Part shown: positions 1 to 10,792 of the stretch, in pieces | Layout: every line of letters begins with the position of its first letter | Position numbering within the stretch: the stretch's first letter is position 1 | Assembly (NCBI RefSeq): GCF_041146345.1 | Contig: NW_027191414.1 | Span: 62,001 to 126,000 of the forward strand | Direction: 5' to 3' | Source: Neodothiora populina | Lineage: Eukaryota | Length of the DNA: 64,000 nucleotides | Notes under the pieces: model-generated | The model's input: only the letters and a program-made list of their open reading frames with translations | What the model was told of the DNA's origin: nothing | The model's database searches: none | Position numbers and translations under genes: made by a program

Positions 1-66
1 AATGGAGAACATTATACGGTCGAGGAGTACATGCAGTCGAGGTATGCGGCCACTTACAAAAACTAA
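1..66 (+). CDS. Partial (3' end) CDS, probably a 2-oxoglutarate/Fe(II)-dependent dioxygenase (IPNS/DIOX-like)
   Basis: Frame 1 reads NGEHYTVEEYMQSRYAATYKN*. The T-x-x-E-Y-x-x-x-R-x-x-A-T-Y terminus is typical of IPNS-like 2OG oxygenases. Only 21 residues are visible. Confidence 0.5.
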   Translation, partial: NGEHYTVEEYMQSRYAATYKN

Positions 67-189
67 TGACCACCAAGTAAGAGGCAGAGAAGGCGCGATA
101 TTGGCACACTCTTTTCTAGCGCTCGTATAGAACATAACATCCGTCTCGAGTGTGACCTAGCTTTCGCTGTACTCAAGTGGTCAAATGTC

Positions 190-945
190 CTAGCTAGCGC
201 CATGGCTGTCGCTTGCGGCCTTCTTCTTCGTAGCTCTTTTCACTTCCTTTCGCAGCTTCCGGATCTCAACTTCAAGCCTTCGCATCTCGTGCGCGGTGGT
301 GACTGCTTCACCAATGGGTCCTTCCACAGCAGAGATGAAGGAGCCCTGTGCCTGTCGCAATTGGTAAGGAACAAGGATACCGTACCAATGTAGTGGATTC
401 GGTGGTTGTTTAGGTGGCTTCTTGCCATTGGCAGTATCGGTGGACTTTTCATCTCCTTCTACTTTCGATTCATCCTTCTCGTCGCTTTCAGGAAGGTGAC
501 GCGGCGACGCTGGTGGAGTCGCCAACTGAGCCTCTCCCACCTTTTCATGCACAACTTTCTCGTCCGTATCCTGCGATACAGGCTCTTGGAGTAAGCCTAT
601 AGTGAATACACGTGGGCTTTTGTCGTTTGGCACTAGTCCTCGCGTGGCCTGCATTCGCTCATCGTAGTAGTCCTGGCCATAACGGATCTTGCTCGGAGAT
701 TTGAAGCTGGCTTGCGCAAGAGAGAAGAACCCCTGATGACGGAATGAGAATCTTGATTAAGATATCAATGCTATATATGTAAAACATACAGAGGACAGAT
801 GTTTCTGTATTTGCTTCTGCGCTTGATCGTACTGGTCCAGCAACTTCAGATGCTCCGCCCATAGCGAATCGAGCTTGTCCTTCAAGTCGCTCAGATTCAG
901 TGTATCTGCAGCGGCAATCACATCTTGCTCTATCTCTGCGGCCAT
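190..945 (-). CDS. VMA22: V-ATPase assembly factor Vma22/CCDC115 family protein
   Basis: One intron at 733-789 (GTATGT...CAG) joins ...LLDQYDQAQKQIQKHLSS to GFFSLAQASFKSPSKIRYGQDYYDERMQA. C-terminal PLHWYGILVPYQLRQAQGSF motif is characteristic of the family. First ATG at 945. Confidence 0.85.
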
Positions 946-1220
946 GTTGAGAACAGACTTTCGAGACTCCACTCTGGTAGAGCTGGTCTCAGCGGTCCTT
1001 CTCTGAGTGATATCGCCCTGTACTATACACTTTTGTTGTGAGCCTCAGCGATTGTACATCATGGTGAATAATGGCTTGGCGCTTATCTTGGCATGGATGC
1101 GGAGAGCGGAAGACAATCATGTCACCTCCGAGGGCTATCCTTGTGCTGTTATAACATCGCGCATTAAAGTCACTATTTCATCGATACTGCCATTGACCTG
1201 GCGGCAAGCCCCAAACTCAG

Positions 1221-3053
1221 ATGGCGCTCGTGGGAAAACGAGTGATTCATCTTCGAGGGCCGGCGCTGCTGCGTCCTGTCAGGCCGTCGACTTTCGCGCC
1301 TTCCCATTCCGTCAATCAACCTCGACTCTTTACACAAAATCACCCGCTCCTGCTACTTACGAGAACATCGTCGCCCCGTCCGCAATTACCCTATCTGTCA
1401 CAACCATCACGACCATCTGCTTTGCCTCGAGGTCCCGCTTTCCAACGACAGATTGCTCGTCTTCTGACAACTGCCAATCGAAGCCATGTCAAACAACAGG
1501 TTTGGCTAGCTACGAAATGGACGGTGGTAGGATGGACGATGGTGCTCCTGCTCGCCATGGCCTGGTCTGGCTGGCAGCATGAACTAGTAGAAAGAGACCA
1601 TCCAACTCCCGCAGAATGGAGTTATGTTACTCGTACCGCATTCCGCAATGCTCAGGCCAAGCTTGATCCGGAGTTTGACGGTTCTGGTATAACAGATTGG
1701 GGTGTTGTCGGTTCAGAGTTTAGACGATGCCTCGAGAGACTTGAAGATCCGAAACGCGACGGCAAGGACTTGGTAGTCGTCGGTTCTGCCACTGGAGATG
1801 GCGAGCCGCTGAGCGTCATAGGAATCAGTACTTCGGCATATGACATTTCGGCAAAGTCATATCCATGGCGTGCCGGATACTTTGAGGTCATCATGGGCTG
1901 TGCACGAGCAGCTGAGTTTTTGGATGGCATGGTCCGAGACAAGACCCGGAGAATGGTCTTCCCCAGGGATGTTGTTATAGGACCATCGAACCCCGAGCCA
2001 AGACCTGTCCCTCCTGGCGCACCAGCTGCTCCGTTAGAGGAGAACTGCGATAGACCATATGCTGCTCCTGAGACATTCTACCTAAAAGTTCTAACTGGGC
2101 AAGGCTTTTCGACCAAGCACAGAATCGATGCTGCTCTAGCCTACGCCAACTGGCTGGAAGTCAAGGGATTGCAAGAAACCGCCGAGGAAACATATAGATG
2201 GGCCATTGATATTGCTGCTTCAGCAGTACCCGGTGGCAAATCGGTCATCAACAGCAAGTCAGGCATTGTCAACCTCCAGCCGGCGGATTCAAGCATATCC
2301 ACAACGCCATTACCCTCGACGAATATCTTACACGCTGCCACTGCACTAGCGACTCATCACGCCCGGACTGGCAATGTCACCTCCGCATTGCCGATATATC
2401 TGTCTGTTCTCCGTGCCCGCCATTCCGCACCTGTCGACACTAGTATATTTGCCTCTATGCAGCCTGCCAAGAAGGATTTCGATCCGCATGCCGGTACCGA
2501 CTATGCCCGCGCATGGTCAGTGTTCACGGGCATTATTCGCACCTCTGACTATCCCGCTGAGCCGGAGACGGGCGATGACGCTTTCCTTCGCTCTCCGTCA
2601 ACCGACCAGGATTGCGCCGAGGCAGAACTGATGCTATACATTGGCGAGATTCTCTTTGCCACTTCTTCGTCACGCTCTCCGGAAGAAGGCCTTGGCTGGA
2701 CTAAGCAAGCCGTCACAATCGCCGAGCAAGCCGTCGCGCAACGAGAGCTGACATCTAGCCAGAGAGAATCCTGCAGGACTTGCCTCGAGACAGGTGTTAA
2801 CAATTGGGGCATCATGGTCAGCAAGCTTCTGCGCGACGAGAAAGAGAAGAAGGCGAAATCCGTTCTCCCGTCTTCTTCCAACAGCTGGACTGGATGGTTC
2901 GGTGGAAGCAAGGGTCATACTGAAAATGCAGAGAGCAAGTGGGAGGAAGAGGCCAAGACTGTCGAAGAACTCAGGGTGAAGCTCGTCAATGAGGGCATCA
3001 GTAGAAAGCTGGCTTCTGCAAGAGGTGCACCTGGCAGTGTCTGGGTAATATGA
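1221..3053 (+). CDS. Conserved fungal mitochondrial membrane protein, probably Mgr3-like (i-AAA protease adaptor, helical/TPR-like)
   Basis: Intronless 610-aa ORF with an Arg/Ser-rich, acid-free N-terminal presequence, a single TM segment (WTVVGWTMVLLLAMAW) and a helical-repeat-like body. The CDS is solid; the Mgr3 assignment is from recalled family resemblance only. Confidence 0.65.
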   Translation: MALVGKRVIHLRGPALLRPVRPSTFAPSHSVNQPRLFTQNHPLLLLTRTSSPRPQLPYLSQPSRPSALPRGPAFQRQIARLLTTANRSHVKQQVWLATKWTVVGWTMVLLLAMAWSGWQHELVERDHPTPAEWSYVTRTAFRNAQAKLDPEFDGSGITDWGVVGSEFRRCLERLEDPKRDGKDLVVVGSATGDGEPLSVIGISTSAYDISAKSYPWRAGYFEVIMGCARAAEFLDGMVRDKTRRMVFPRDVVIGPSNPEPRPVPPGAPAAPLEENCDRPYAAPETFYLKVLTGQGFSTKHRIDAALAYANWLEVKGLQETAEETYRWAIDIAASAVPGGKSVINSKSGIVNLQPADSSISTTPLPSTNILHAATALATHHARTGNVTSALPIYLSVLRARHSAPVDTSIFASMQPAKKDFDPHAGTDYARAWSVFTGIIRTSDYPAEPETGDDAFLRSPSTDQDCAEAELMLYIGEILFATSSSRSPEEGLGWTKQAVTIAEQAVAQRELTSSQRESCRTCLETGVNNWGIMVSKLLRDEKEKKAKSVLPSSSNSWTGWFGGSKGHTENAESKWEEEAKTVEELRVKLVNEGISRKLASARGAPGSVWVI

Positions 3054-4173
3054 TGAAAGATGTCCGAGAAAATCAGAATCAGAGTGATACCGCGCAAAGA
3101 CGCGGATACGCCATTAAAGAAAGAATGGCCTCAGGAAAGTGTCCTGCAAAGACACCGCCATTCCTCGATAAATGCATTCAAAGCAGGCAGCGGTGAAGAT
3201 TGCTGTCCGCTATCGCGTGCAAGGAGGAAAGCGACAAGGAGCAGACCAGCTCAGGAAGACGTCGGTCAATAACCATCGCAACTTTCGCGAGCACTGCTCA
3301 TCCATGTCTGGAATGCAACGTGTGCCGCATGTAATTGATGGGCACCGCGCTACAGATGAAAACAGCTTCAGCATGACAAGGTATTCGAAAAGTGTCCTAT
3401 CAATGTGCTTCTGTCAAGTCATCGTTACCACTGTCAGGAACCGAGAAGAGGACAAAAATATATGTCACAATCTACAGACTACAACGAGCCGGATACGGCA
3501 CAACGTCAGAAGTACTTCATTAGCATTTCTATATATCGAGCCAGTGTTATCGATATCTTGTACATAAAACATCAAATGTATTGTTGTCGGCAGATTGCCA
3601 TGTGAAACCCATTCTACACAAGCGCTCATGCGCCGTCCACGGTTGACTGCAACTGCCGGTCGGGCACCACATGAATTTCTCACGAATGCGCGTCGAGTCA
3701 CCTCAACAAGATCTTCTCGTCCGCGAAACTTGTTATCTATATTATTTAGCTCCTACTCACCAACATTCCAACTCACACCAATTGGTTCGCATGCCTGGAG
3801 AATAAGTGGTCCTTGGTCAAGCCTCCCCACCAGCCACGTGAAGTCAAACCCCCACGGGTGCCCCTCCTACGTCAGATTGCATCAAATATGCCGCATGGCG
3901 TCGAAGTCTACCGTTGCCTTCGCAGCCAGATCAAGGCACAACACAGTCTAGGCCACGAATGAGCGTGGAGCTGGGCAGGGCAGGGCAGAGACAGGGACGA
4001 CAGAGAGGGTGAGGTGGGTTTACGGGCGGCAACGTAGCTGGTGTTGTGTCATTAGTCGGGTCCTGAGAAGTTGTTCTCTTTGTTTTGTTCTCTTTCGATC
4101 TTCACTGTATTCCATTTCTGTAGAGTGCATTCTAATCTACATATAATATCCTTATCTCAAGGACACCGCAATC

Positions 4174-5885
4174 ATGGGAGCCGAAGAGCCTACACCTGAA
4201 AACTACACCCTCTTCCAAGGGTTCGAATGGAACAGCCCTGCTGATGGAAAACACTACAAGCGTCTGCGAGACGCTCTACCAGGTCTCAAGCAGATTGGTA
4301 TCAGCAACATCTGGCTACCTCCTGGCTGCAAGGCCTCCAGCACGAATGTACTGCGCCCTTTTCTTCCACTGGCCTCATTTGCTTCCTTTGGTCTGACTGT
4401 TTTGTTCACAGGGCAATGGCTACGACATCTACGACCTCTACGATCTCGGCGAGTTCGATCAGAAGGGTGCCGTGAGGACCAAGTGGGGAACCAAGGACGA
4501 ATTGCTTGCTCTTTCTCATGACGCCAAAGATAAGGGAATTGGTCTGTACTGGGATGCGGTATATATCACTACCACTCCCTTGAAAATCGATTAAAGATGC
4601 TGATGTTGGCGCCAAGGTCCTCAACCACAAGGCAGCGGCCGATAAGAGGGAAAAAGTCAAGGTCATCGAGGTAGACAGCAATGGTAGGAAAAGGTTGTAG
4701 TCACTACGAACAGAGCGGATCTGACAAGACCAATTAGACCGTAACAAGGAAGTCTCTGACGTGCAAGAGATCGAAGCCTGGCTTGGCTTCGACTTTGCCG
4801 GTCGCGGCGACAAATACTCGAAACAGAAATATCATTGGTATCATTTCTCCGGCACCGACTACGACGCCAAGAACGACCGCAATGCCATCTTCAAAATCCA
4901 GGGCGAGGACAAGAAAGGATGGAGTGAAAGCGTGTCGGACGAGCAGGGTAACGGTGATTTCCTGATGTTTGCTGACCTCAGCTACGACCACCCTGAGGTT
5001 GAGGAAGATGTCAAGAACTGGGGAGTGTGGATAACGAAAGAAGTCGGTCTTCGCGGCTTCCGTCTGGACGCGGTTCAGCATTTCTCGGAGCGCTTCACCC
5101 GTGAATGGGTCGATCTGCTGAATGAGCAATGCGGCGAGCTCTTCTATGTCGGAGAGTACTGGTCTGGCAATGTCGACGAGCTGACCAAGTGGCTTGGCGA
5201 GATGCCCGAGAGGTTCAGTCTCTACGACGCACCGCTGCTCAACAACTTCTCCTCGCTCAGCCATCAAGAAGCAGCCGACCTGCGCAAGGTCTTCGACAAG
5301 ACTCTCGTCAAGTCCATGCCCGTCAACGCCGTGACGCTTGTCCAGAACCACGACACGCAAAAGGGCCAGACAGTCGAGACTCCCGTCGAGGGATTCTTCA
5401 AGCCTTTGGCGTACTCGCTCATTCTCCTCCGCTTCGACGGCTACCCTTGCATCTTCTTCGGTGATCTTTACGGCACCAAGGGCGACCAGGCCGAGCCTGC
5501 CTCATGCGGAGACAAACTCGCCGACATGGCTTTGGCACGCAAGCTCTACGCGTACGGCGAGCAAAACGACTACTGGGACGATGCCAACTGCATTGGTTTC
5601 GTGCGTCGCGGAACCCACGACAGACCCGACGGTCTAGCATGTATCATGTCGAACACTGGTCCTGGCCACATCAAGATGCATGTCGGAGGCGAGCACAAGG
5701 GTGAGGTGTGGACTGACGTTCTCGGATGGGAGCAGACCGAAGTCACCATCGACGACGAGGGCAACGGAGATTTCTGCTGTCCCGGCACCAGCGTGGCTAT
5801 CTTCGTCAAGAAGGACGCTGAGGGCAGGGATCAATTTCCTGTCAACTTCGACAGTGACATTTACAAGGACATGAAAGACGAATAG
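4174..5885 (+). CDS. Intracellular alpha-amylase, GH13 subfamily 5 (bacterial liquefying-amylase type)
   Basis: Introns 4348-4411, 4559-4616, 4684-4737. Motifs: FQGFEW, GNGYDIYDLYDLGEFDQKG..RTKWGTK, DAVLNHK, and catalytic GFRLDAVQH / GEYW / NHD. No signal peptide. Confidence 0.93.
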
Positions 5886-6160
5886 AGTTTCTGATATGAG
5901 TATTTATATAGACTAGCGTTTCTTTCTGGAAGGGAATAGAAGTTGATAGATCCGAGTCAAGGCTGTAGATCTCATAGATAGCGAATAACAAATCGCAACA
6001 CAACATCTGTCGTTGCCGTGTGCTCGATTTCCTGACAAGATCCAATTTGACCAGCCAAGCCCGCATCAACGCCCGAAATAACAGCAACAATGTAACAAAT
6101 TCATGATATAATAACAGTTCATAAAGCCACGCGCGGCGGCGCAGCAAACATCCACTAATT

Positions 6161-7853
6161 CTAATAGGAGTATCTGAAATGAGGGTTCTCGAAATCAGTC
6201 ATGTCCACCATGACTTCGTCAGCCTCTGGCGGGGGCAGGCCCAGGGCGTCTCTTTGCTTGTTACGGCGGATCAACAAGAACCTCAGCAGGAACGACAGAG
6301 CGATCTGTCCAGAGGCACATGCGATGCCGACTTGACAGCCGGTTCGGTAGATGGGTGCCTCTTCCGCGAGGTAGGCGTGCGGGCCGATGATGTTGCCTGC
6401 GCAGTACGCCAGGAAGACGAACGCGGTCGCAGTGACTCGCTTCGTGTATCCACCGACGTTAGTGGCGGGCAACTGAAGAGCGAGAACGAGAGAGGCGACG
6501 AATGACCCCATCTAATGCACGACGATCGGTTAGTTTTCTGGTTCAGTTGGTCGATGTGACGACGGCAAGCACTTACAAAGTAGTATGAGACCAAGAGTCC
6601 GTTCTTGTTGTGGCGGGGCAGCTTCCACATCATGATGCATCCGATGAGGGTGGGAAGGAGGTAGAACGCCATGACGTAGGTTCTGATATTCTTGAATTTG
6701 GAGGCAATGTATGGACCTCCAAAGACGAAGAAGACCTGAAAGGCGCCGGATGGGATGCCCAGCGCGGTGGTCCTGAGGGCATCGCCACCAGCGAGTCCCT
6801 TGACGATCAGCTTGCCGAAGTTTGCGAAGCCGCCGTTGAAGACCTCGTTGAGCAGGACGAAAAGGAAGAGGATCCAGATTTGCGGGTCGCAGAAGGCTTC
6901 CTTGACCTGGGACATCTTGATTTTCTTGTTGTACACTCCGGTCCTGTTTGTTTGACTACGGGCGATGAGCAACGCCTTGTCATCTGCGGTGTAGCGCTTG
7001 GCGGTCATGATGTTGTTGGGAAGGAAGATCATGAGGACGACGCCCCACACGATGGTGACACCGCCGCAGAGGATGAAGATGGCACGCCAGACAGGGAAGG
7101 TTTTCATTTGACCGACGGCATAGAAGAGAATGCCACCGACCATGCTACCAACACCGTTGAAGCAGTAGAAGATACCCGCTCTGGACGGCTGCTCCTTGCG
7201 AGTGTACCACATACCTGCAGAAGATCAGTATGAGAGCGTTGGGTAACAAATCAGCCAGCTCGCCACTTACCAACGATCATCATGAAGCAGGGTGTGATCA
7301 GAGACTCGAAGCACCCAAGGATGAAACGGCATACCGCCAACCCAGCAAAGCTGGAACAGGCAGCAGTCAACATCAACACAGATCCCCAAGCAAGAACGAA
7401 ACTGCTGACAACAGTTCCGGTCGGCCAATGCTGGGCCGCGTAGCTAGCCGGCCATTCCGAGACGAGATAACCGAAATAAAAGATACTCGCGAGCCAGCTG
7501 TATTGACTCGAGGTTGTGCTGGTGCTGGTGAACAGATCGAAGACGGCGGCATAGCTTATAGCCTGCTTGTCGATGTATTGTAGTAAATAGGTGCCGCAGA
7601 GTAGCGGCATTAACATCCAGTCGACTCGTCGGACGAGTCGTTTGTTGGCTTCCTGATCGTCGAGGAGTTCTTTGAGATATGCGGGGGTGAAGTTGTTGTC
7701 TCGTAGGAAGATCTCGGCCTCGTCAAGTTCTTGTGCTTGAACGACCTCGCCCTCCTTGAGGTCCATGACTTCGCCAGAGATGGGTTGTATGTGCTTTTCG
7801 TCGCTCACATCTGGACGATAGTTCTTCTCATCGGACGTGTGCTGAGATGCCAT
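6161..7853 (-). CDS. MFS transporter, allantoate permease (Dal5/ACS) family
   Basis: Introns 7215-7270 and 6512-6576. Motifs: LVRRVDWMLMPLLCGTYLLQYIDK, RFILGCFES, MWYTRKEQPSR, NVGGYTKR, and C-terminal DMTDFENPHFRYSY. Confidence 0.93.
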
Positions 7854-7878
7854 GGTCCTCCGAGTCGAGTCAAAGCAA

Positions 7879-8407
7879 TGATAAATGATGACGGAGAATG
7901 AATGATATGAGACAATCGAGAAAGCCTACTGTCACAGTATTTACGCAAGCAAGATAGATGACTTCGCAGAGAAACGATGTCTATACCCCCAGTGGTACAG
8001 GTATATATGCATCAGACTTATCACAAAGGCATAGTAAGCCACCCCAGAGATACCGAAGACCGCAGATAAGAGTTAAAGGCAGAGAGGGCGTGCTAACGAT
8101 CATGGCACCTGCACTATCATGATCGCAAAGGTGACTTGAGACGCCAAGTCAATAGGAAAGGGGACGTTGATAGTGTCCAAATAGCATTTTGTCACTGTGA
8201 ACTGGACATGATCGTTTGGAACCGCTGGGGCCGGCCCACCAAAACGGGGAAAAATACGTCTCAGACCCAGTGATTCCGTGGTTCATCCGGAACATCATGG
8301 CATCCTGCCTATCTCGAATCCTTGCACAGCCGAACTTGGCATTGTGCCTATCTGGCTCTACGGCTGACGGTGATTGAAGTATGGCCGACCTGGGGACAGA
8401 GTTATCG
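7879..8407. promoter_or_regulatory. Divergent promoter with a cluster of HGATAR (AreA/NIT2-type GATA) sites
   Basis: Nine HGATAR matches on either strand, at about 7879, 7952, 8018, 8064, 8114, 8168, 8309, 8348 and 8402, lying between the MFS transporter and the esterase. Confidence 0.55.
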
Positions 8408-8625
8408 AGGGGGAGATCTTGCTCGGTTTTCGACGACCTTGGGTAAGAGACGTCGTATCACAGGGACGTCGTGACACCGATCCACCTGAGGCATGTGGAT
8501 CACGCCCGCCGGCCCTATGGCCGCGCAGGCTCGAAAACAGTATGCCTCGTAAATACGCCCTCTTTGCCGTCAGCAAATCCAGGTAGGGATACTCGTGGTA
8601 ACTCGTGCGAGTGAAGACCAGTAAG

Positions 8626-10476
8626 ATGAGAAGTCTGCCACGGAGTTTATCTTGGTTACTTGTGCTGCCGGTTTTGGTGGCGGCACTGTTGAATTATCCA
8701 TCTCTGCAAATATCTCTACAGCGACTTTTGCCAGCATGGACAAGTCTTGGTGCAGTTGGAGCGCCCACAGTAGCATTGCAGCAGGGTAATTTCGTCGGCA
8801 CCGTCCTGAACGATGGCTATGCGCATTCAGTCGAGGGTTTCATCGGCATACCCTATGCACTTCCTCCCGTGGGTGAACTCAGATTCGCAAACCCGGTACC
8901 TGTCACACCATCAAACCAGACGTTCCAGGCAACTGCCTTTGGTCCGAGGTAATAATGTCTAGCTGAAACAAAGCAGAGCTCGATTGACACATGCCACAGA
9001 TGTCCTGGTAAACAGCTGCGCCCCAAGCCTGGCGACCTCCCCGAGAGCGAGGACTGCTTGACTGTCAATGTCTTCCGTCCGGTGGGAGCCTCATCAGATA
9101 AGAAGCTGCCAGTTGGACTCTATATCCATGGTGGTGCTTTCAACCGTGGCACTGCAAAGATGCACGATAGCGCGTCTATGGTTGGCTGGTCTGACGAACC
9201 ATTTATTGTTGTGTCCTTCAACTATCGCCTCGGCGCTTTGGGCTTCCTCAACTCGGCTTTGACAGCCGAGGAGGGTCTTCTTAACGTTGGTCTCAAAGAC
9301 CAGATCTTGATGATGGAATGGGTGCAGGACAACATTGGCGCCTTTGGTGGTGATGCCAATGACGTGACTATCTTTGGCTTGTCTGCTGGAGCACATTCCG
9401 TAAGTGTTACTCTAGATAATTTTTATCCATCAATGCTAATCCTAAGCAAGATCGGCCACCATGTAGCCAACATCAACTCGAAAAAGACTCTTTTCCACAA
9501 GGCTGTGATCGAATCTGGTGGTATCACATCCCGCGCTGTGCATCCATACGACTCCAAACTACACGAGACGCAGTTCCGCGAGCTTGCGGCCGAGGTAGCG
9601 TGTGAGAGCAAGTCTGACTCGGAGATCCTGGCATGTCTGCGCGATGCTTCTTACGAAGCTATTACCGATGGTCAAGGAGCTGTCTTCGCAAAGTACAACC
9701 CATCCGTCAGATGGGCATGGCAACCCGTCATTGACGGCGACATTATCTCACGCAGGCCCACTGATGCATGGACGTCTGGAAAATGGAACAAGGTCCCGAT
9801 CCTGACGGGCTTCAATCACAACGAAGGCACTATGTATGTCCCCAAGGACATGTCCGAGTCCGACGAATTCGAGGACTTTTTCGCCACTCTGCTGCCGCAA
9901 ATGTCCAAAGAGCACGTCAAGCAATTGGCCGCTCTCTACCCCGACCCTGCTACCGATGCCAGCTCGCAATACGTCGAGACTCGTCCCGCAGCCTTGGGCC
10001 CTCAGTACAAGCGTGTAGAAGCTGCATACGGGCACTACGCCTATGTCTGCCCTGTCCGTCAAACAGCAGTCTACGCTAGCACCGCCCCGGAGGACCCTCC
10101 GGTCTTCCTCTACCACTGGGCACAAAACAGAAGTGTCATCGCTGGAGCTAACCACGCGGATCAAATGTGGTACGAGACCATGGATGTGGACGTGCGAGGT
10201 GCTTCGCCCACGCAGGAGGAAATCGCAGGATACTTTCACGGCTACATCAGCTCGTTCATCATCAGTGGCGACCCGAACGCTGTCAAGGGGAGGTACGGCG
10301 ACAGGCCTGAGTGGAAGTCTTATGCCGATGGTGGCAAGACGATGCAGTTCGGTATGGGCAACGATGAGCCGGCAGGAGGCAGCAGTATCGGCGTCAAGGC
10401 GCAGCTGGTCAAGGACGACTGGGCTGCGGAAGAGTGCAAGTTCTGGTGGGAGCAGTCGTTTTCGCCTGAAGATTAG
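8626..10476 (+). CDS. Type-B carboxylesterase/lipase (COesterase, alpha/beta hydrolase), secreted or membrane-anchored
   Basis: Introns 8949-8999 and 9400-9450. Motifs: FIGIPYALPPVGELRF, SEDCLTVNVFRP, IHGGAF, nucleophile elbow GLSAG, acid in HNEG, His in GANHAD. Hydrophobic N-terminus. Confidence 0.93.
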
Positions 10477-10792
10477 ATGAGATGAGATGATAGACTCACT
10501 ATAGATGTAACGTGGAGTCACGATCATGTGCGATGACAAATAATTTACTTGTTACTATCCCTTTTCTCTGTTGTGGTGGCGTGCCTGATTTGAAAAGCCG
10601 TGATCGCATGAGCCTGAACCTCCTAATTGTCCTACACGAAAGCACGAAGCATGTATCAATCAATACGTCCATTAAAAGCCGATGTCGCGATGACTAAAAA
10701 TGGAGAACAAATATGTTCCACTTGACGTCCGTCGAACGGCAACTCCTTTTCATTCTAACAAAACTTACGTACACACACACCGCTATTCGACG

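Noticed and set aside
1221..3053. Calling this protein an MFS/maltose permease, a label I recall being attached to such proteins
   Set aside because: It has only one clear TM segment and no MFS motifs.
3060..4100. Several 66-131 aa ORFs between the Mgr3-like gene and the amylase
   Set aside because: No motifs, no codon bias and no consistent splice path; treated as UTR/promoter.
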